A DNA stretch of 64,000 bases from Octopus bimaculoides (Eukaryota), in contig NC_068981.1 in the NCBI RefSeq assembly GCF_001194135.2, positions 147,835,424 through 147,899,423 of the forward strand. The letters are read 5' to 3'. Below, in pieces: positions 25,678-38,954 of this stretch (its first letter is position 1; each line of letters begins with the position of its first letter). Made by a program: the position numbers and the translations under genes. Under the pieces are notes generated by a model, which saw only the letters and a program-made list of their open reading frames with translations, did no database searches and was not told the origin of the DNA.

Positions 25678-26479
25678 TATTTTCATATATATATATATAT
25701 ATATATATANNNNNNNNNNNNNNNNNNNNNNNNNNNNNNNNNNNNNNNNNNNNNNNNNNNNNNNNNNNNNNNNNNNNNNNNNNNNNNNNNNNNNNNNNNN
25801 NNNNNNNNNNNNNNNNNNNNNNNNNNNNNNNNNNNNNNNNNNNNNNNNNNNNNNNNNNNNNNNNNNNNNNNNNNNNNNNNNNNNNNNNNNNNNNNNNNNN
25901 NNNNNNNNNNNNNNNNNNNNNNNNNNNNNNNNNNNNNNNNNNNNNNNNNNNNNNNNNNNNNNNNNNNNNNNNNNNNNNNNNNNNNNNNNNNNNNNNNNNN
26001 NNNNNNNNNNNNNNNNNNNNNNNNNNNNNNNNNNNNNNNNNNNNNNNNNNNNNNNNNNNNNNNNNNNNNNNNNNNNNNNNNNNNNNNNNNNNNNNNNNNN
26101 NNNNNNNNNNNNNNNNNNNNNNNNNNNNNNNNNNNNNNNNNNNNNNNNNNNNNNNNNNNNNNNNNNNNNNNNNNNNNNNNNNNNNNNNNNNNNNNNNNNN
26201 NNNNNNNNNNNNNNNNNNNNNNNNNNNNNNNNNNNNNNNNNNNNNNNNNNNNNNNNNNNNNNNNNNNNNNNNNNNNNNNNNNNNNNNNNNAGCATGCGTG
26301 TGTGTGTGTGTGTGGTGTTTGTGTGGTGTTGGCTGTTTATATGTGTATGTGTGAGTGAACTGTGTCTCTTAATGTTGTAGGAAGAATTCAGCAGCATGGT
26401 AACAGGAGTGGTGGTCGTTTGTGTAGTTGTCTGTTTCTTCACATGTGCATAGAGGAATGGTCAGTAGAAAGGTGTGTGG

Positions 26480-27150
26480 CTGGTAGTTTGAAGTATGTGT
26501 GTATGTGTATGTTGTGTGTGTGTATGTGCCCATGTATGTGTAATTGTGTGCGTGTATGTATGAGTGTGTATTGTGTGTGTGGGAGGTGTGTGTGCGTGTG
26601 TATGTGTGCACATGTGTATATCTGTGTGCATGTGTATATATGTGTGTGTTTGTGTGCGTATGTATATGTGTGTGTACATGGAGTTGTGTGTGGAGGCATA
26701 TGTGCGTTCTTGTGTGTGCATGCGTGTGTGTATGTGCATGCAGTTGTGTGTGTGTGCATGGGGTTCTGTGTGTTAAGTATGTGTGCATTCCTGTGCATGT
26801 GTGTGTGTGTGTGCACATATATGTGTGTTGTGTGTATGCATGTATATGTGTGTATGTTGGAGGTATATGTGCATCCATGTGTGTGTGTGTGCATGCTTGT
26901 ATGTGCGCGTGTGCGTGTGTTTGTATGTATGCTTGTATGTATGAACGTGTGCGTATGTGAGTGTGTGCATATGGGGTTGTGTGTGGAAGTATATGTGCAT
27001 TCCTGTGTGCATGCGTGTGTGCGCTTGTAGGTACATGTATGTGTGTTGTGTGTATGTGTGCGGTGTTTGTGGGAGGTATACGCGTGTGCGTGTGCGTGTA
27101 TTTGTGCATGTGTGTGTATATGTATGTGTGTGTATGTATGTGTGTGTGTA
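26480..27150. repeat. Long cryptic (TG/TA)n simple-sequence tract
   Basis: About 670 bp of mostly alternating purine-pyrimidine sequence; source of the spurious CV/HT-rich ORFs. Confidence 0.9.
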
Positions 27151-28204
27151 TACAGAAATAAAATAAAATATAATAAAATAAGATCGATAAAAAAGTGGGG
27201 AGGGTACAAGATGCAAAAATTAAAAAATGAATAAAAGAGTTCGATTTCACTTGCCTCAACAGGTCTTTGTAAGCAGGCTTTTGTGTCCAAGCGCTCACAC
27301 GCATACACACACACACACACATATACTCACAAACATTTATAAACTTGGCATTTCAGAAAATATAATGCAACAGCAGAGATGGTAGGCTTAAAAGAAAATA
27401 GTTTAAACTGAAATTCTTAAAAACAACACTCGAGATAAGAAAAAGATTCTTACATGGCTGGATTTTTATTAAAATACTTTGTCTATGCTTTTCAATTGAT
27501 TTAGATAATAATTAGGAATTTGGAGGTATTTAGAGAAATAACTAATTCTGTCATTATTAAGTTGATATTTGGAAAATACTTTAACAAAAAATTCTTATAT
27601 AAAATTTATGACAAAGATTTTAATTTACTGGTATATTAAACTGATATTTGAAATATAAAAACAATCATGTATTCCAAATTTGACTCATAAAGTATAATGC
27701 TTTTGTGATTATGTTTCTCATGAAATACATTGCTTATGTGTTACAATTAATTTAGAAAATAATAAAGATTTCGGAAGTATTTTATAATATAACAAGCACT
27801 TTCATTATTAAGCCAGTGTAAGGTGGTGAGCTGGCAGAATCGCTAGCGTACTGAGCAAAATTCTCAGTAGCATTTCATTTGTTGTTATGTTCTGAGTTCA
27901 AAATTTTGCCACGGTTGACTTCACCTTTCATCCTTTCAGGGTCGATAAAATAAATACCAGTTGAGTACTGGGATCAATGTAATTGACTTACACCCTCCTC
28001 CAAAACTACTGGCCTTGTGCCAAAATTTGCAAACCTTGTTAAGCCTGTGTTTGGAACTTAAAATGTCATTTACTAAAAATTTAATTTTAAAATGTAGATT
28101 TTAAATTATGAAGTTTGTCACAGAACCAGAGGCACTTCCACCCTAGTCCATCTTCTGTTGTTACCCTCTTTTGTACCCACTCTGTTAGTCACATTGCCCC
28201 AAAT

Positions 28205-28457
28205 CAGTGGTTCCCAACCATTTTTTACCTATTGACCCTTTTGATTCCTATTTTACTCTACTAGACTCCCATAGCCATTCAATATTTAAAAAAGTCCCAT
28301 TATATTTTTATCATTAAATATTAGGAATTGTATTAAAAAAATTGTTGAAATAGTTTGTGTATTGTAAAAGTATAACTAATTTATTACATGTAAATTTTAA
28401 CAGCAAAATCTTATATGGACCCCCAAGAGCCATGTGTAGCCTGGTTGAGAACCACTG
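28205..28457. mobile_element. hAT (Charlie-like) MITE, same family as 1492-1745
   Basis: TIR CAGTGGTTCCCAACC / GGTTGAGAACCACTG. TSD CCCCAAAT/CCCTAAAT (7 of 8). Confidence 0.85.
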
Positions 28458-31391
28458 CCCTAAATAAATGGAATCAATACAGAGCAGTGAGGATACAAGG
28501 AAAATTCATTAGTAATGGTGCACTAGTATACAGTAAAATGGATACACTTTGTTTGAATAAAAGGATGAGACAGTCACACTTAGAATATTAGAACATCTAA
28601 GATAATAGATTTACTCAGTCAGGGCTAATATGGGACTAATACAGAACATCTGTGCAGTTATATAACCTGTTAGAAAAAGCAGCAGAATTTCACTAAAATT
28701 ATACTCCTACGTCTTATATAAAAAGAATATTTTGTGATAGTGTAGTCCTAAAGACATCTCAAGGGGCACTATAAAAATACGGAAAGGTCATGGATGGACC
28801 ATCAGCAATACACATCCCTACCATATTTTATTTTTTACTTCTTTCAGTGATTGAATTGTGACCATGCTGGAACACCTAAAATTTTTTTAAAAATCTAAAA
28901 AAAAAAAAAAAAGAAAGAAAGTAGACATTACATAATGAAGCCCTAAATATCCCTAGAGAGAGGGGTTGGATAATGTCTTTTATTATAAGTGTGTTCAATC
29001 AAGGCTGACATGAAGATATATAATAACAAATGAAAGTGGTGGTGGTGGTGGTGGTGGTAAGACCACCATAGTTGATGATAATTACATACATTGAGAGAAT
29101 TCAAATCTTTCTGATTGTTTCTTTCCCTAGAGCTTACAACCAGCATCTCTAAATCCAATGTATTACACTTGTTTAACCAACACTTGGTAGAACACTACAG
29201 ATTTCGGAATTTCTAGATTGATTAGATATGTGTGTAAATATGCATGTGTGTGTGTGTGTTTATTTTTATACATATACGACTGTATTGATATTACATATTC
29301 ATATATGCACACACACACACACAGGCATATCTTTTCTGTTACTTGTTTCAGGCATTAAACTGCAGCCATGCTGGGGCACTGCCTTGAAGAATTTTAGTTA
29401 TATGAATCGATTCCAGTACTTACTTCTTTAAAGCCTGGTACTTATTTCATTGATCTCTTTTGCCAAAGCACTAAGTTATGGGGATGTAAATACACCAACA
29501 CCGGTTGTCACATAGTGGTAGAAGACAAACACAGGCACAAAGAGATATTGTTATATTTGAGGATGGTCACATATTTTTTTGTCAGTTAACCACATGCACT
29601 ATATACTTGATCTTCATTTCAGCTTTATCATTATTATTATTATTATTTCAGTGTCCTTTGTCTGAAATATTTTGTCACACATCCTGTAACCTATTCAGTG
29701 ACTCTCCAATCCACATGTCTCCATTCCATGTTTCTTAGTCCATAGAACAGACAAGTTGCAGGTGTGGCTGTGTAGTTGAGGTGTTTGCTTCACAACCATG
29801 TTGTCACAGGTTCAGTCCCATCATGAAGCAGTTTGTGCAAGTGTCTTCTACTGCTCCAGGCCAACCACTCTTTTGTGAGTAGATTTGGTAGTCAGAGGCT
29901 CAAAGAAGCTCATCATATCAGTGTGTGCGTGTGTGCGTGTGCGTGCGCATGTGCATGCGTGCATGCATGTGTGTGTGTGTGTGCACGTAAGTTTTTGCAT
30001 GTTTGTGTGGACCCTTACCTTGACATCACATGATGATGATGATGATTATCATCATCATCATCGTTTAACATCCACCTTCCATGCTGGCATGGGTTGGACG
30101 GTTTGACAGGAACAGGCTGGGGAGAAGACTACACCAGGCTACTGTGTCTGTTTTGGCATGGTTTTTATGGCTGGCTGCCCTTTCTAACACCAACTGCCCA
30201 GCATTACTATCATACAAGAGATGTTATTTATTTCCATTTTTCTGTGAAAAACATCTCTAGCTATGGAGAAATATTACTTTGTTTGGAAACAGGTGAGGGG
30301 AGGGTTGGCGACAGCATTTAGCCATAGGAAAGTCTGCTTCAGCAAATTCCTTCTGACCCATGCAAACATGGAAAAGTGGATGTTAAACAAAATGCTGAAT
30401 GATCCCCAACACCATCATCGTTTTATGTTGGTTTTCCATGAGGACATTGTGGTACAGTTCAAAATAATCCAACAGCTTACAGGATTATATCTTACCCCAA
30501 TGTCTCAGTTTTGGTGCAATTTCTATGCCCTTCCTGACACCAATCTCTTTATATAGAGCACTGGGTGCAATTTTTCATGGTACCAGCACTGTAGAGGTTG
30601 TCTTACCATCAACAAGACTAAAGAGTTCTCTCAAGACTTGCATTGTCACTGCTTGATTCACTGTTCCAACCATCTACAGAGAGTATTGGGTGGCACCAGC
30701 GCCAGTGGGGCCTTCCTGTAGTTTACAGATAAAATTGATATACCCAAGACTGGAAAAATAGAAGTTAAATATGATGGAAGAAATAAATTTATTATTGTGA
30801 GGATGGTAGTGGAAAGTAACAAGGAGAAGTGTTGGGGAGGGTGAGATGGAAGAGACAGGAGAAAGAGGAGGGAGAAGAGGAATCTCAAAAGTTAATGTGA
30901 AGAAGAGAGAAGTAACACTGTATGGATGATAGGATGGGTTGTGTCAGGGGACCCAGTGATGGATAGTTTGAATAGAAGAAAAGCAGTGATCTCCAACATT
31001 ATATAGATACATCATCATTATTTTACATCCGTTTTCCCTGCCTGTATAAGTTGGACAGTTCATAATTGGAGCAAGATTTATTGTTAAGAGGAGATAGTAG
31101 GGAAGAAATTAGCAATGACAGTATAAGGGAAATGGATAACAAAAGGAAAAGGGGGAAAAGTAGTGTCAGAGTAATAAGAATGGTAGGGTGTTGTGTAAGA
31201 TGAGATGCTCAGTTAGATACAGGTAGGTAGAATGGTGTATATGACAGGCTTCTTTCAGATTCCATTTACCAAATGCACTCACAAAGGTTCATTCAGCCCA
31301 TACATTCTCAATGGCAAGTAGTGAGATAGAAACTGAAATTATGTGGCTGGAAATCAAACTTCTTGACTACACAGCCATATTTATCATACAT

Positions 31392-31442
<51 letters not shown>

Positions 31443-31688
31443 GTTTAACGTCCGCCTTCCATGGTAACATAGGTGAGATGGTTTCACAAGAGCCAGCCAA
31501 GCAGAAGCTTGCACCTGACTTCTGTGACTGTTTTGGCAGGATTTTTACAGCTGGATACCCTTCCTAATACCAATCACTCAGCAGAGTGGACTTAGTGCTT
31601 TTTTATGTGGCACAAGCACAGGCAAGGTTAGTTTTGGCAAGGTTTTTACAGCTGAATGCCCTTCTGAACACCAACCACTTTACAGCGG

Positions 31689-31728
<40 letters not shown>

Positions 31729-32257
31729 AACACACACACACGACAGGCTTCTACACAGTTTCCATCTACCAAATTCACTCATAAGGCACTGGTCAGCCCA
31801 AAGCCACAGTAGATGGCATTTGCCCACTGTGCCATACAGTGGGACTGAATCTGAAACTACATGGGTGTAAAGCAAGCTTCTTAACTACACAGCCAAGCCT
31901 GTACCTACATATACATATTCATATTTATGTATATGTGTATATATATATATAATATATCTCTATATATATATATAAATACACACACACAAATACTCAAACA
32001 TACAGAGTTTGACATTTCAATATATACATATACACACATATTCATATGCATTGTTGAATGCTAATATATTGACTTGAAATAAAGTAATATGTGTTTATTA
32101 CAGATTTTTTTTGTTTTTCTATAAATTTGAAGCTGACTGTCAGTGGCTTACAGTCTGATGTCAGTTATAATTCCAGCTTTCAGACAAACAGAAGAAGATC
32201 ATTGAATTGGAATTAATGTTTTAGTTTTACTTTTCTGATTTTTCTCACTTGACTTAC

Positions 32258-32272
32258 ATTTTCTGATTCCAA
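32258..32272 (-). CDS. Candidate 15-nt microexon
   Basis: (TG)n-TTTGCTTCTTCTGCAG|TTGGAATCAGAAAAT|GTAAGT; all three frames are open. Confidence 0.25.
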
Positions 32273-33385
32273 CTGCAGAAGAAGCAAACACACACACACA
32301 CACAGATATATATATGTGTGTGTGTGTTTGTGTTTGTGTATCCTTGTATATTTTCCTAACCAAATCAACTCCATATTTTAATTTTGATATCTAGAATATG
32401 GTGTTAAAATTAACTTACTTGGATGACTTAACAGAAAATAATCCAGACACCAATTTGTTATTCAAGGAAAAACAAAAGAGAAGAATAAAATATTTATGGA
32501 AAGTTTTTCTTTTGTTTAAAATTTTTTATCAAATTTTTCTGCATGTCTTATATTTGGTTCTTTCCTAAATTTGGATCTTAGATAATGATGTTGATGTTTA
32601 GTTCTAAAACAAACCTTATCAAACAAGCCGATGATCAAAAGCATTCTAGTTATGATAATCCCATCTGTTTTTTTTAAGGTGTAGTGTATCTTGGATTACA
32701 TTATTCAATGTGTTCTTATCTTAAGATAGTAGTCTTGTAAGGGACATGGCAATCTCTGTGGTGCTAGTACAAGGATTAAATGCACTCAGTGTACTTTGTA
32801 AAGTGGTTGATGAACTAATGAAGACAATGTAGGATATAGAGAACTCATTCATCTCACTGAAGCCATGCAAACTTCTCTAATGCTGGTGCCACAATAAAAT
32901 GCATTGAGAACACTCTTTAAAGTATTTGGTACTAGGAAGAGTGCCAAGTCATAGCAAGCTTTCCAAAAATGGAATATACAAGTGAGACAGTGTCCTTGAA
33001 CTCATCTAGGAGGACAGTAACTAAGAATAAGAACTGACTCAGTTAGTGACAACATGTTTGACATGCCATTATGGCAAGTGATGATGCTGATGTTGAGATT
33101 TGGTTGATATTTTGCTATTTCTTGCAGGTTGAGGTATATATATCATCATCATCATCATCATCGTTTAACGTCCGCTTTCCATGCTAGTGTGGGTTGGACG
33201 ATTTGACTGAGGACTGGTGAACCAGATGGCTACACCAGGCTCCAACCTGATTTGGCAGAGTTTCTACAGCTGGATACCCTTCCTAACGCCAATAATATAT
33301 ATTATTATTAATAATATATATTATTAGATTATTATTTGATATCCATCCATCCATCTATCTGTCTATTTATATACATACATATGTT

Positions 33386-33430
<45 letters not shown>

Positions 33431-33435
<5 letters not shown>

Positions 33436-33585
33436 TGAATGAATGAATTCCAATATTTTAAATCTGGGCTTGTCCCTGTTAACAGGGGTGGCTGGATCTA
33501 CCTCATGCTTACAGCAACCACTCTCACACCATCTCACCCAGTTTTGGGCATCCTCCCTCCCAATCTCCTCCTCCACACTTTAGCA
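33431..33585 (-). mobile_element. 5'-truncated copy of the same RTE with (ATTC)n tail
   Basis: TTCCAATATTT...TTGTCCC.GTTAACAGGG.TGGC.GGATCTACCTCA matches 3700-3830, preceded by GAAT repeats. Confidence 0.75.
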
Positions 33586-33589
33586 AAGA

Positions 33590-33630
<41 letters not shown>

Positions 33631-34073
33631 TTTGGTGGAAAAAATAGGATATGTTTTTTATTACTATTGGCTGAAAGATACAAATCTGACTCAACAGCTG
33701 AGAGCTTTATGTATGACACCAAATTGACTAATATGTTATCTAATATGGATGTGAATACATATCTATAATATATACAGAATCCCTATAAATTCTCATTGTT
33801 AGGTATGGTAAAGCAACAGAGAATATTTTGAAGTTAAATCCATACTGCACTCTTTCTAAAATTAAATCCAATGTAAATTACTTAAGTAAGTCATTCAAGA
33901 ATGGTTTTGCAACAAACTGTTCAGGTAAATAAGTATGTGGTTCAGTTTCCAAACCACCACCAACCCCACCAATGCCACCATCATCAGACATTTTCAACAC
34001 AGCGGACCATAAAACATGTTGTACGTAATGCACACATGCAGGTACTGCTGTAGCAGCTGCTGACCACTAACTT

Positions 34074-34304
34074 AACTAACTTAACTAGTACCAACTAACT
34101 TAACTAGTACCAACTAACTTAACTAGTACCAACTAACTTAACTAGTACCAACTAACTTAACTAGTACCAACTAACTTAACTAGTACCAACTAACTTAACT
34201 AGTACCAACTAACTTAACTAGTACCAACTAACTTAACTAGTACCAACTAACTTAACTAGTACCAACTAACTTAACTAGTACCAACTAACTTAACTAGTAC
34301 CAAC
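34074..34304. repeat. Perfect 19-bp minisatellite (TTAACTAGTACCAACTAAC), about 12 units
   Basis: 11 identical full units from 34081 plus partial units at both ends. Confidence 0.97.
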
Positions 34305-36675
34305 TTAAGTGGGCTAGGCAAGTGCAGCACAAAGCAAGTGAGGTCACTAGCAGCAGCTGACAAGTAACACATAACCTACAGCAGCTGTACATCAACTTGA
34401 AACTTCCAACACTTATAGAATTATTTATTTGTGGTGTATCCTTTACTTTAGAGTTTGGAGAATTTTGGATTTCAGAATTTCAGATAAAGGGTTACAAACT
34501 TGTACAAGAAAATCTCTCTCATCAGTTAGTTCCATGAATCTCAGCTGACTTAGTTAGCTTGAACACCTGTTATCTCTTGCTGTTCAAAGATGGTGATAGG
34601 GCTAAAAGTGTTTTAAGATTTAAAACAGTTTGCTCACCTCCAACCGAAAATTTAAATAAGGTATTTTACAAGTTTTGACAACTTGTAATCCAGCCCCTTT
34701 ACAAATTTCTTGTCACTATGAAGAATTCCATTCTAATTGTGTTTCAAGATAAGTCATCATAACTATCTTTATTTTAGCTATCATCATAGCTATCATCATT
34801 TAATATCTGCTTTCCATGCTGGCATAAGTTAGACGGTTTGACTACCCAAATCTCCTTTAAATCAAACCCCTTACTACAATCATAAAATAAAGATGGACAC
34901 ATTGAACAATGTAAACCGAGATATACAAAAAAGGGATGTTCATGGTTGCAATGGATTTGATCATAGATCTGCTCAACCATAACACAACTCTTTCTTTACA
35001 AATTCCAGTTTCCCTATGAATTGTTCTTTATGTTGTTTGAGATATTTGGTTGCTATGTCTAGTAAGTTTAAGTGATTGTGCAAAACTCTTTCATTGGCTC
35101 ATATCTCAGTGAAATACAGTAAGATGAACAATGTTGTAGATGTATGACAAAAGAATTTGATACTTAATGATATATATATTATTATCACAAAGCAATAATA
35201 AAACAGAAGCAAACATAATAGTGTTTTAAATGACTAACGTGACTCTACTATGATGCAAACGTTTTAGCCCTTATACACAATCTCTGATCAAATCACTTGC
35301 CAAACAAATGCAACTCAGAAAGTGAATTCTTTTCATCTATTCTTAATGAATCCAAGTTATGAGGCAAGTCAATACTGCAAATACCTAAGCATTTCACAGT
35401 TCTCGATACACGAAATCTTATATTTTATATCTTAAACAATTTTATATCAGTAGATATTTGTTTAACATTGAACATAAGTAGTTGGTATTTGTTTTCAGAT
35501 AGTTTTATAGACAGAGATTTTGATATACTGAATTCAAGGTTGAAGTGACTTATTGATCCATCAATTACTGCTGCCATTGGTTTATTTCATTTGACTTTCT
35601 TGGTGTTATGGAAACAACACCAACATTTGATTATTCTCTGTTATCTAGACAGCCAATAGCACATTACTAATACTGTTTTGTTGTTATTCAGGAAAAGAAA
35701 TTCTCCATGGGTTTTGATTTTGTTATACTGTTGAATGTGTGATCAATTATATATCTCTAATCGACAGTTTCTTCAAAATGCTTGCTAATCTGATATGTTT
35801 AAGGCTTAAAACTTTTTGTATTCAATGAATAAAGAAACTTATAGCAAGTCATTGTGAGTTTATCCAATTCTGCTTTCAATAGCTGTAAATGAATGAAAAC
35901 AAAATAAGGGCAATAAAAAAATGTTATGTATTCAAACTTGAACAAGACTGATGTTTTAGAGGTCTTGTGAGTGAAACTAAATTCAATACACAGAGATTGG
36001 TGTGGTTAGTATCAAGCTTGAATATTTAGAAATTGATATATTGTGGAAAGAAGGGAATTTAATCATCTCAGGAACTCATGTTTGCAACAGGATTTTGGGA
36101 AAAAAAAAAAAAAGCAATACAGCTGCCAAGAATCAAGACTCCCATTCTAACCATCAAGTAAAAGGGTTAGGATGGAAGTGAGAAGATTGTTTATTAGTAG
36201 TTGTAAAAGAGGCAGTGAGAGGATACATCAGTGGTTAGCTAAAGAATTTTAGTAAGAGTGTGCTTTTCAATATGGCATTTTTTTCTATATTTTTGTATTT
36301 TTTGTTTTTGTTAGGGATGGTTGTGATTACAGTTTTCCCTGATAAGGGAGCAACATTCAGTAACAAAGCTGGGCTTTGTACAAAGTAAAAAGATGCTCAC
36401 AATTCATGTATCTTTGGTAATGAAAATAAAGTCCAGCACAGTGTCTTTCAAGCAGGGTCCTTATAGGCACTGAGAGACCATATAAGATTTTAGGGGGTCC
36501 ATAGAAGCAAAATAATAATACAGTAGTATTTTAAGGGTCCATGGGAAAAAAGTTTTGCTTTAGATGTATTTATTGCAAGCAACAGCTAGGTTTCTTCTCT
36601 AATGTTCTACATAGTTCAACATATTTTCAGCTACTGAAGCATGTTCGCTCAGTGAGTACTCTCTCTCTCTCTTTC

Positions 36676-36716
<41 letters not shown>

Positions 36717-37370
36717 CTCTCTCTCTCNNNNNNNNNNNNNNNNNNNNNNNNNNNNNNNNNNNNNNNNNNNNNNNNNNNNNNNNNNNNNNNNNNNNNNNNN
36801 NNNNNNNNNNNNNNNNNNNNNNNNNNNNNNNNNNNNNNNNNNNNNNNNNNNNNNNNNNNNNNNNNNNNNNNNNNNNNNNNNNNNNNNNNNNNNNNNNNNN
36901 NNNNNNNNNNNNNNNNNNNNNNNNNNNNNNNNNNNNNNNNNNNNNNNNNNNNNNNNNNNNNNNNNNNNNNNNNNNNNNNNNNNNNNNNNNNNNNNNNNNN
37001 NNNNNNNNNNNNNNNNNNNNNNNNNNNNNNNNNNNNNNNNNNNNNNNNNNNNNNNNNNNNNNNNNNNNNNNNNNNNNNNNNNNNNNNNNNNNNNNNNNNN
37101 NNNNNNNNNNNNNNNNNNNNNNNNNNNNNNNNNNNNNNNNNNNNNNNNNNNNNNNNNNNNNNNNNNNNNNNNNNNNNNNNNNNNNNNNNNNNNNNNNNNN
37201 NNNNNNNNNNNNNNNNNNNNNNNNNNNNNNNNNNNNNNNNNNNNNNNNNNNNNNNNNNNNNNNNNNNNNNNNNNNNNNNNNNNNNNNNNNTACTAATACA
37301 TCCATTTGTTGTTTACACCACTTGTCTTCGTCTGTTGTTTTTTTCGTAAATTCTCCCATATATATATATG

Positions 37371-37407
<37 letters not shown>

Positions 37408-37689
37408 CAAGATATATGGTGCATTGCTGTATTTAAGAAGACCCATCCACCACAACAGAATTGAGATCCTAAAACCAAGGTGACATATAAAAAGTATTGG
37501 TGAAGGTGCTGGTGCCACATAAAAAGCACCTACTTCACTCTGTATAGTAGTTAGCATTAGGAAGGGCATCCAGCTGCAGAAACAATGCCAAAAAAGACTA
37601 TAGAACCTGGCATGTCTCCTGTCCTTGCCAATTCTTGTCAAGCTGTCCAACCCATGCCAGGATGGAAAATGGATGCTAAATGTTGATGA

Positions 37690-37925
37690 TGCATATATAT
37701 GTCCTTATTCTTATCCAGGGCTTCATCATTCTTGAAGGAGGAACCTCTCTTCTGTCTCTGGCCAATGATAGCCATGTAGGCCCCAGGTAGCAGGTGAGAC
37801 CATCTCACCATCTTGTCATTGGCCGGCCTCTTGATCTTGGCTGTTGTCTTGGTGTCCATCCTGTCACCCTGATTGTCCATCTGTTGTCCTTCAGTCAAGC
37901 AAGCAATGTGGTTAGCCCATCTACA
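37690..37925 (-). mobile_element. RTE-clade LINE ORF2 C-terminal fragment
   Basis: Minus strand, frameshift-corrected: WANHIACLT/DNRWTIRVTGWTPRQQPRSRGRPMTRW*DGL..LGPTWLSLARDR. Confidence 0.75.
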
Positions 37926-37972
37926 TTTGTTCTCCTTAATGGTTCTAGTGTGTGTATGTTATATTAAATCTG

Positions 37973-38016
<44 letters not shown>

Positions 38017-38734
38017 ACACTAGATANNNNNNNNNNATATATATATAGATATATGTGTGTGTGTATGTCAGACCAGTGATTTGAATTCATTTCAAGGTGA
38101 CTCTTGGGTATACAGTACTAATGAGCTGAAACAACAGCAAAATATCAATATCCACCATATTTGATGACCTACAGGGCAATTTGTTTCATCTGGTTTTCAG
38201 TTATTCAGAGGTTTTTAAACACTTGAAGTCTTAAAGGGATTTTTCCAGGACAAAATTCTATAGTTAATAAGCATAAAAATAAAATGCATACATTACACAC
38301 ACACACACATTATAGTCTCTTTCTGTGAAATGTTCTGTGAAAGAACATTTTCTATTCTTCAGAATACATGCCTGTAGACAGGAAAAGAAGATGTTTGCTT
38401 TTGATAAACGATAGATAATTTGAACGTTTGTCATTTCAAAGAACACCATATGTGCTGGTAGATTTAATAGCATTCAGAAAATGAAGAATTTGACAAACAG
38501 AAGAAATTTAAGAATAACACTGAAGAAATGACAAAAGAGTGGAAATAAGTTGTTTGTTTTTAAAGAGGAATTAAATGCAATTAGGTGCTCACAAAGATTT
38601 CGAGTGAGGTTCTATCTTAAAAATGGAAGGCCAGATCAGGGACGAGGGGGCTGTCATATTTGCTTGATCAGGGGTGGATGGGGTTAAACAACCACAACCA
38701 TCAATCAAAATAATAAAACAAACAATAGTAAAAA

Positions 38735-38897
38735 CATTATTTACATTATTATTTACATTATTTACATTCGACGGATATTTGTCCTCATCTTGTTTGTTGT
38801 TAACACAACGTTTCAGCTGATATACCCTCCAGCCTTCTTCAGGTGTCTTGGGAAATTTCGAACCTGGGTTCTCATTCCTAAGGTATTTTTCGATGTT

Positions 38898-38954
<57 letters not shown>

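Noticed and set aside
26362-27322. Cys/Val- and His/Thr-rich ORFs up to 317 aa on both strands
   Set aside because: Translations of a TG/TA simple-sequence tract that lacks stop codons in most frames; same for 11932-12405.
34081-34304. Unit contains TTAACTAGTAC, identical to part of the E. coli trp operator
   Set aside because: An 11-nt match with no other bacterial or vector sequence nearby; coincidence.
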